A stretch of DNA of 55,283 nt, counting the filler, from Catajapyx aquilonaris (taxonomy: Eukaryota): NCBI GenBank assembly GCA_000934665.2. It is 3 parts of 3 records of this genome, joined end to end, with 100 filler letters (N's around TTAATTAATTAA, not from the genome) between each part and the next. Parts side by side here need not be neighbours in the genome. Positions count along the whole stretch, not along the records: positions 36,929 to 55,283 come from KZ539583.1; 2 more parts are not named here. One strand, written 5' to 3'. The position numbers and the translations under genes are program-made. Every line of letters starts with the position of its first letter. Positions within the stretch are counted from its first letter, which is position 1. The notes beneath the pieces are model-generated. The model had not been told where the DNA came from. It ran no database searches and was given only the letters and a program-made list of their open reading frames with translations. Below are positions 48,084-55,283 of the stretch, piece after piece.

Positions 48084-51000
48084 TAGTCCAGTCATTTTAG
48101 GTTTTGACCCCAAAAAAAATCGTGTAAAGCTGGAAATTGGTACAGAGGTACTCTTCGACCCCCTGAACAAGACACTAAAAGTCCTGAGAAATCCGAAGAC
48201 CGGAACATGGTTTTTCACAAGCATAAAGGTCCTAAGTGACAAAATCATCGACATTTCACTCCAGAGCTAGCAGTTTGGCTTGAAATCACCCCAGCACGCT
48301 CGTATGTAGCTTTTTTGAAACGTGAGGGTGTGGCTGTAATCACAGATACAAACTTTGGCCGGAAGATTTTAATAACAAGTACAGGTTATATTATTATAGA
48401 AAATATCTTCTTTCAGTGGGGTTGAAAGCTTGCGCTGCGCTGGTGATACCTGTTGTTGACGGATAGCGTATTAGTTGCCGCTCCGTATTTCATAGTTATG
48501 AAGATCCGATCGCTGCCACGAAATAAAGGCAACTAATCCTACATTAGCTTCCCTACAAGGCAAGAAAAACATACGATGGGTGACACAACATGTTTGTTTT
48601 GTGCTACGTTGTGAGTTGTGCTTACCTCTCTCAACTGATTTCCTCCTCGACATCTGAGTCTGGGCTCTGAACGTTGCTGCACGACCCACGGCAACGTCCA
48701 CACATGCTTGTGCACTCTAGCCCTGCTCTTTTGCACTCGCACCTGGCGCTGGACACACAGCTGCCCCTGCAGTTGCAGGTGATTATATGAAGCAACTCTT
48801 GAGGCGCTGGGGGCTGCAGGGTTGGCGTTGGGAGAACCTTGCCACTATGGAGTTTCCATCCCCATTTCGTGGGATCTAAGTGATTTTGTAGCCACTCCTG
48901 GACTTGGTGGTAAACTCGCAAGGAGTGCTGATGAGCTGCGTCTGAGGTAGGTGGTAGAGTTTCTAGTTTGAATGCTGCGGTCACTTCGCGTTATGCGATA
49001 CTCCTACTGTAGTGAAAGACTCTCAGTTCGTCGAGTGAAGCGCAATCTCCCCCGCCATACAGTTCAATGAGGAACCTCTCTCCAGACTTTACGATCTCGG
49101 CACAGTCAGCTTCAGCATTACTGAAAACCGACGTACTTGTCTTTAGGTCTTCACGAGCAGAGAGTAGGTTCCAAGCCTTCTTTTTGCCCTTGTTGAACAG
49201 GGCCGATGTGGTATCACACCCTGTCATCGCATGCAAAAATAGGATATGGTCCTTCATGTCACCGATCTCAGTCTGGACATCGGAGACGGTGTAAATCTTT
49301 GCTCCGAGCGCGCCTGCACTTGGGACAAGTAAGGTGATTCTGGCGTCTCTTAAGCTTCGAGCCACAAGCATGACCAAAATATCTGTGTCTGCAGCCACTA
49401 CTGTCACTTCACGTCCACAGACAGAACTTGCTATTGCAGTAGAGACTATAAGGGCATCAGCGTCTCCCGTAGCATGTTTCACACAAACACCTGCGTTTTC
49501 AAGGCAAGGTGTCAGCTTTTCGATTAGCTGTGTCTTGTTGCTACTGTTGGATAGGAAATCAGCCTGGCTTACGGTTACCATTTTGCAGCCTTCTACCATA
49601 ATGTGAGTGGAAGATCGTTTACCTACTCTGCGTAGCTGCTCTTGTTCTTTCGTGGTAGCCGTGCTGTAACCATCGAAAACTTGCTATTGTAATGGGTGCA
49701 CACGTATCTCACGTAGGACTGGAACACTTGCTCATACGTGGCTGGACGTGGCCACACTACTGTGCGCAACAACATTCCTCCGTCCACTACTACTGCCCTT
49801 TGAGTCGAGAGGAGTGTGTTCAGCTCTTCGTCGTCGCTGGGAGCCCGCGATGGAAGCATATGAGCTATAACAGATTTGTCTGTTTTCCTCATCATTGCCT
49901 CACGGAAAAGAGACGGGGGTGTGGGCGCCAGTTCATACTGCAGATACTTTTCGAAGTCCTTCTGTGTCTTCATGACGAATGATATTCTCATGAACAACAG
50001 ATTTGAGTCCACAGGGATAAGTTCTTCGCGTATTTTAACACAGGGCCCAAGATGCGCCAGTGTTTTCACCTTGCCAGATCTCTTAAGTTTCAAGCTTCCA
50101 AAGTCCTGGCCGATCATTTTGGACATAGAGATCTTTCCAATTTCTTCCGCGGATTCACAATTTACTGATTCATCTGCGACGACTCCTGTTGCTATTGACA
50201 TTAGGAGATCAGTATCGGTGTTGAAAGGATTGTGGTCTTTAAGCCACGTAACCAATTTATGAACATCTTGTTTGTCACGAGACTGCCGCGACTCTCTCAA
50301 CTCAACGTGTTGTTCAGATGATGAATAAGTAACGCCACCAACGTTTTCCACCGCGTCACACATCTTCAGAGTTCCTGGGAGGGAGAGTATCCACTGAGAG
50401 AGAGTACTTTCTGTTATCCCACGACCTCTTGTGAGTCCACCAGAAGTCTTCATGGCGCGCATTAGTTGCTGCTCTATAATCATGTCGCTCCATATTCCAC
50501 TCCAGAACTTGTCACTCCTCCTGATACTGAAGTATCCCTGAACAGTGAACTTGTGGTATTCTTCTGGGGGAATTTTTTCCTGGAGCTCTTGCATCTCCTG
50601 GACATACAGATGGGCGCACTTTGCATAATGCAAGTGTCCTGCAGCATGGAGGTATGGGAGCATTCGCTTCACACAGTGCAGGTGGAGTTCCCAGTCAGCG
50701 GTCCTTTCCGCTCGGATGAAGAGGCGGATGAGACTGACCTGTCTGATGTATTGCAACCAAAGTGCTGCTGTGCGGCTGCTGCCTGAAAGCTCCTTGCATA
50801 TGTCTTCTAGAGTAGCTCTCAGACTTTCCAGCACGTCGGACTCAATGACGTCTTCAACGGAAACTTCACCAGTCATAAGTCCGGCGTAGAGCTTGTCCAC
50901 TTCCTCCATGTCAGCCGAGGAGCAGTCTTCCAAGTGCGACACGAGAAGCAAAAAAAGAGCAAGTTGCGTAATGAAGTGTGCCCTCAAAGCTCTGGCGTAG

Positions 51001-53335
51001 GCGTGTCCCGTAAGCATGTGAGTGACTGACACTTTTGCGTACACCTGCCCCCAAAGCTCTTCCAGACCGCTTCCAGCCATGATGTTACCTATTGCCCCCA
51101 TGGCAGACATGAGGAGGTGAAACCCTCCTAGGCGCACTACCACGCTCTTCAAGTCACTTGCCTCTTCTGCTGATGCGACTATCTCAGCTGCCTTGATATA
51201 CAGGGGCTGATCGAATGTGATGAAACAGGTTTGCTGCCCGTTCTTCTTGCAGATGTCGACTGCATACAGCATGGCCGTGTGCAGGGTGCTTAAATTACTA
51301 GGGTCAAGATTTATAAATGGTAGAGCGTCAATCTGGGATCTTTCGCAGGGTCTGCTGTGACTCATAGCAGTTGCCATGTACCCATTCCATGACGGGGTAG
51401 TGCCACCTGCCGTCCACATTCCTAAAGTCCACAGAAAGTCTATAGCAATCGCTCTGGAAAGTGACTGAACAGAATTGTTCCCCAAATCTTTTATCTTTGT
51501 GTCGCTAAGTCCTGAGCGGTGGGGCTTGCGGTACCACTGAATGTTGATTTTGCCTTTCGCTGCAATTTGCTCTGCTGCGGGTATCTTCGAAATCCGTGGC
51601 ACGGACATATCCCTGGTGTTGTCGTATTGAGGAGTGCTACACTGCACGCCTCCCATGCTGTGGAAAGTACCGTGCCCATCTATTGTCCGAATGTTAAAAT
51701 CAGCATTATCAAAAATGTGCTGAATGAAGTTTCCACCAGGTGTATTTTCATCGTCTACTGCTGGGACTGCCTCGATCACGGACACTTCGTATCTTTGTAC
51801 TTCTTGGTACGAAACGGAGAATCCCAAGTTGTGCAGCAGATCAATCAATTCCTTAGACGCGAAGCGACGGTGAGCCCACACACCAACACCAAGCAAAATT
51901 GGAACCAAGGATGATCTCGGTCTACATGCAGTCACTATTGCTTGGCCTATAGATGCGTGCTTCCTCTTGATCTTCGTTTCATCCTGACTCTTTGAAGATA
52001 TTATATTTGCAAGCAGGGTTTGAAGAGTGGCTGGCACTGCAGAAGTGTCCATGAGGGACGATTCATCAGCATTTGGATATGTGTCACAGTCATAAACAGC
52101 TGATCGGATATCCTCCCGGATGATTTTGGCTGCTGCCTCCACGACACGCAGTCTCTCGTCACATTCGTTCCGCTTCCTGTCGGAGTACCATTGATCATGC
52201 AGTATTCTATCCGAAGTCTCTTTCATGCTTACAACAGAGGCTTTACCAGGTAGCTCTGTGATGTTCATTCGCTGGCCGAAATGTGCTATTAGATTCCTTT
52301 GTAGCGTCCATCTGGAAAACTTCTCCTCTTTCTCATTGACACGGGCTAGTAGATCAGCGATACTAAACTGACACTCTTCACTCTCTTGTAAGTATTCACA
52401 CAACAGCTTAAACTGTTCATCTTCATTCCCCAGACGCGGTCGGCCACGAGGAGCCGAATCAACTGTGTGCAGCTGCTTTCCACTAAAAAATTTCAGGTGA
52501 CACTTGCCATGGTACCTTGCTTCAGCTGCAACAAGGTCATGCGCACCAATGACACGCGTCTGCACTTCAGTACCCCAAGAATCGCCCCTTGATTGAGCCA
52601 TGGCAAGCACGCTTTCCTTTATCTTCATGGTTGCAGCTTCGTGAACGGAATCCCGCCCATACTTTTTCTTTACCTCTTCATCTCTACAAGCAATGTCCCC
52701 GCAGAAAAGGCAGTGACGCTTGATGTCAAACAAGTCAACCTCAGAGCGAAGAACTGGTCTGCACTCTTGACCGGGCGGCGGCGACGGCGAGTGGAGCCTT
52801 TTTGCAGCCGCTTTAATGCTATCAGGCCTGGTGTAGTTCTTCCTGCACTTTGAGTGCACAACCAATCCCTCCTGAAACTTGTCCTCCAACCCATCTTTCC
52901 GACTGGCACTGGCATTCCTAAGGGTTGCTGCGGCTTTCGCACTTATGGTGACGCACTCTTCGCTGCCGAGGGAACCATTGCATATTGCACAAGACATGCT
53001 CTTGCTGACCAACACCAACCACCACCACAGGCTTCAGTGTAACGTGTAACCCACGCAAGCCCCCAAAAGAAGGCAGCTTCAGCCCGGCAAGCTGTATGCG
53101 GCATTTTTAGAATTTTCGTCGGATTTCAAGCCAAACTGCTAGCTCTGGAGTGAAATGTCGATGATTTTGTCACTTAGGACCTTTATGCTTGTTAAAAACC
53201 ATGTTCCGGTCTTCGGATTTCTCAGGACTTTTAGTGTCTTGTTCAGGGGGTCGAAGAGTACCTCTGTACCAATTTCCAGCTTTACACGATTCTTTTTTGG
53301 GTTCGACCAAAATTTTACCTAAAATGACTGGGCTA
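48084..53335 (-). mobile_element. Full-length Academ (AcademX-type) DNA transposon, 5252 bp
   Basis: TIRs 48084-48287 and 53122-53335 (TAG...CTA termini, few mismatches), 3-bp ATA duplication, and an internal transposase + XPG-like nuclease + Cys-rich tail. Confidence 0.85.
48631..53018 (-). pseudogene. Academ transposase (~1460 aa reconstructed) with one frameshift (~49685) and one in-frame stop (48991-48993)
   Basis: Motifs FDNADF, TFDQPLY, RLGGFH, SDMIIEQ; PIN/XPG-like VVDG, VFDGY (out of frame), DADALI, DTDILV, GCDTTS; C-terminal CNC..C...CEC....C...C..C...CSN. Confidence 0.85.
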
Positions 53336-54199
53336 ATACGCTAATGCGTTGCTATGTTGCTTCCTCTTAGGAAACGCCCAACGGTGGCATGGTTCATCAT
53401 GCATCCTCTCCCATTGTTCCAGGAATATATCACGAGGTGAGTTAGAAGGAAGACTCAACTTGTTCATACCTTCGGTCAAAGCCTGCATGTCATCCATAAA
53501 GAAAGCTGTTGGAACAGCAGGGATGCTTTTTCCTCCTCCTCCTCCCATAGACGGAAGCGTCTCCATAATGTCCATGGCTTGCCCCTGCTCGAACGAAGTA
53601 GCGGTCACAGTTCAAGTGTTTCAATCTGAGAGTAGCCTACCACTTAAAGTATTTCATGAATACAAGTGACAGTATATTATTTTTAACACGTATATTTCCG
53701 CTCTAACATTATGGAAACTCCTATTGGAATACTCCTTCCAGCAATACTCCCGAATTATGGTAATCTCTCTGTCCTATATTGATTAGTAGGCCTACTGCGC
53801 CTCAAGTGCAGGCCTTAACCTGTTCAAACACAGTAGCCAATCAGTGATTCAATAGCAGTTTTTTCAAGGTAATTGCAAGTTTTACATTCTCTCCCCACAA
53901 TATATTATTTCACATCTTCGAGAGTCACAACTACGAACTGTCACTTTCCCAGTGTGATACAAATGCTGGGCTTACCTCCTGCATGGGATTAGGGGTGCTT
54001 GGTTGCTGTGACATCCCTCTTGTGGTCGGGGGTTGATGCACCAGCCAAAAAGTATGTCAACTCGTAAAAGGGAGTTTGTTTAATTGGCGATTCCTTGGCA
54101 ACGGGCAAATGACAATATACAATCAGGGTAGACAATCGCCCTATGGGTCTATTGCACCATTTAGGGATGAAAATATGATGCCCGAAAACCTACGGCTAA

Positions 54200-54329
54200 G
54201 GGCCGGTTTCACCAATACCGGTTTATGATAAAACCCCGCTTATTTCGAAAATTTTGCAGGGAGTTTCCGAAAGAACCGGGGNNNNNNNNNNGGGGGGTTC
54301 TCATAAACCGGTCTTGGTGAAACCGGCCC
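54200..54329. mobile_element. PIF/Harbinger (Tourist-like) MITE, same family as 13907-14031
   Basis: TAA|GGGCCGGTTTCACC ... GGTGAAACCGGCCC|TAA; contains a 10-N gap. Confidence 0.85.
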
Positions 54330-55283
54330 TAAATGGTAAAACCTCTATCTTGGTAATTATGTGATGTACAAGAGTCCATTCGAAGGATTTATTTCGGGAA
54401 TGATTTTGCTGTGTACGGCCATGATTTTAATGGCTGCTGTGCTGTGCCTAGTAGGCCTACTTAATATTTTATGAAAGACTTAAACTCAGATTTTATACTG
54501 TATAAACATATTCTGGACCCTGAATTTTGAAACTATGCGTTGGAACTTAGCTATAATAAGTTATTTTATCGCCTTTCAAAATTAATAATGGTCACAGAAG
54601 TCGCTAGAAAATTTCAGATATTTCCAATTTTTCCAATTTAATTTTTATTGAAATCAGTATAGACTATTACGTGACCCACTTTTATTCACCACTTATATTT
54701 TATTTATTTTATTCACCACTTTTACGTCCACTTTTACTCACCTGTGGCTATCATGGCTATGGCATCATTGGCATGATGTCACAACTTATTTTTACGTCAG
54801 ATAATTCAATCATGACTTGTCAAATATACTACCGGTATCCGTGACCGGTATACGGTATATTATGATTGACATTTACACTGGTTACTTAAAAATTGATGTT
54901 GGAGGTAATATATTCGATATTCGATATTCATTCCTGTACTTCATAGTGAACACTCGCCTCACAAGGATAGGGAAAAATCGACAAATACCTCATAAAGACA
55001 GTAAAAATATATTTCACCAAAATTTGGCGTGTTTTTGTAGGTTAGGTTAGGTTAGTTTTAGATTTTAAATTTTGGAAAAACCTCACAAGATGCGCGCCTG
55101 TGTGGGTGTGTGTGTGGAGGATTGCTTCAAGACTAGGATAAAGTGACCAAAAGAATTTATTTCAACCCGAGAGTACAGTCGGCTCAAGGAGTAAGTTGCC
55201 AGACCCCTATTTTGAAATAAGCCTCCAACAGAGGTGCTGCCTAGGGGAGTGAGATTTATTGTATCTTTGGGAAGAACAGAGGT

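Overview
Eukaryotic genomic DNA, most likely from an arthropod (spliceosomal GT-AG introns, divergent ionotropic receptors, tRNA-derived SINEs, mariner/Academ elements). It falls into three blocks joined by two artificial 100-nt N/TTAATTAATTAA spacers, so adjacency across those spacers is unproven. Block 1 (1-18370) has no supportable protein gene, only MITEs, a SINE, hairpins and microsatellites. Block 2 (18471-36828) is the most interesting part: a minus-strand tandem array of small 3-exon genes (signal peptide + Ig + Ig + stop, about 233-246 aa, no TM/GPI tail). Five look intact and two are broken. Each broken copy is interrupted at the same point of its Ig1 exon by a plus-strand segment carrying an intronless ~754-aa ionotropic receptor (IR); the two IRs are ~93% identical. 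A solo LTR and an internally deleted mariner date later events. Block 3 (36929-55283) holds a 6-exon C2H2 zinc-finger gene with a frameshifted fifth finger, nested non-autonomous DNA transposons, and a full-length 5.25-kb Academ (AcademX-type) transposon with ~205-bp TIRs and an ATA target duplication that appears to split a small ORF. All gene models were built by eye and lack transcript support.
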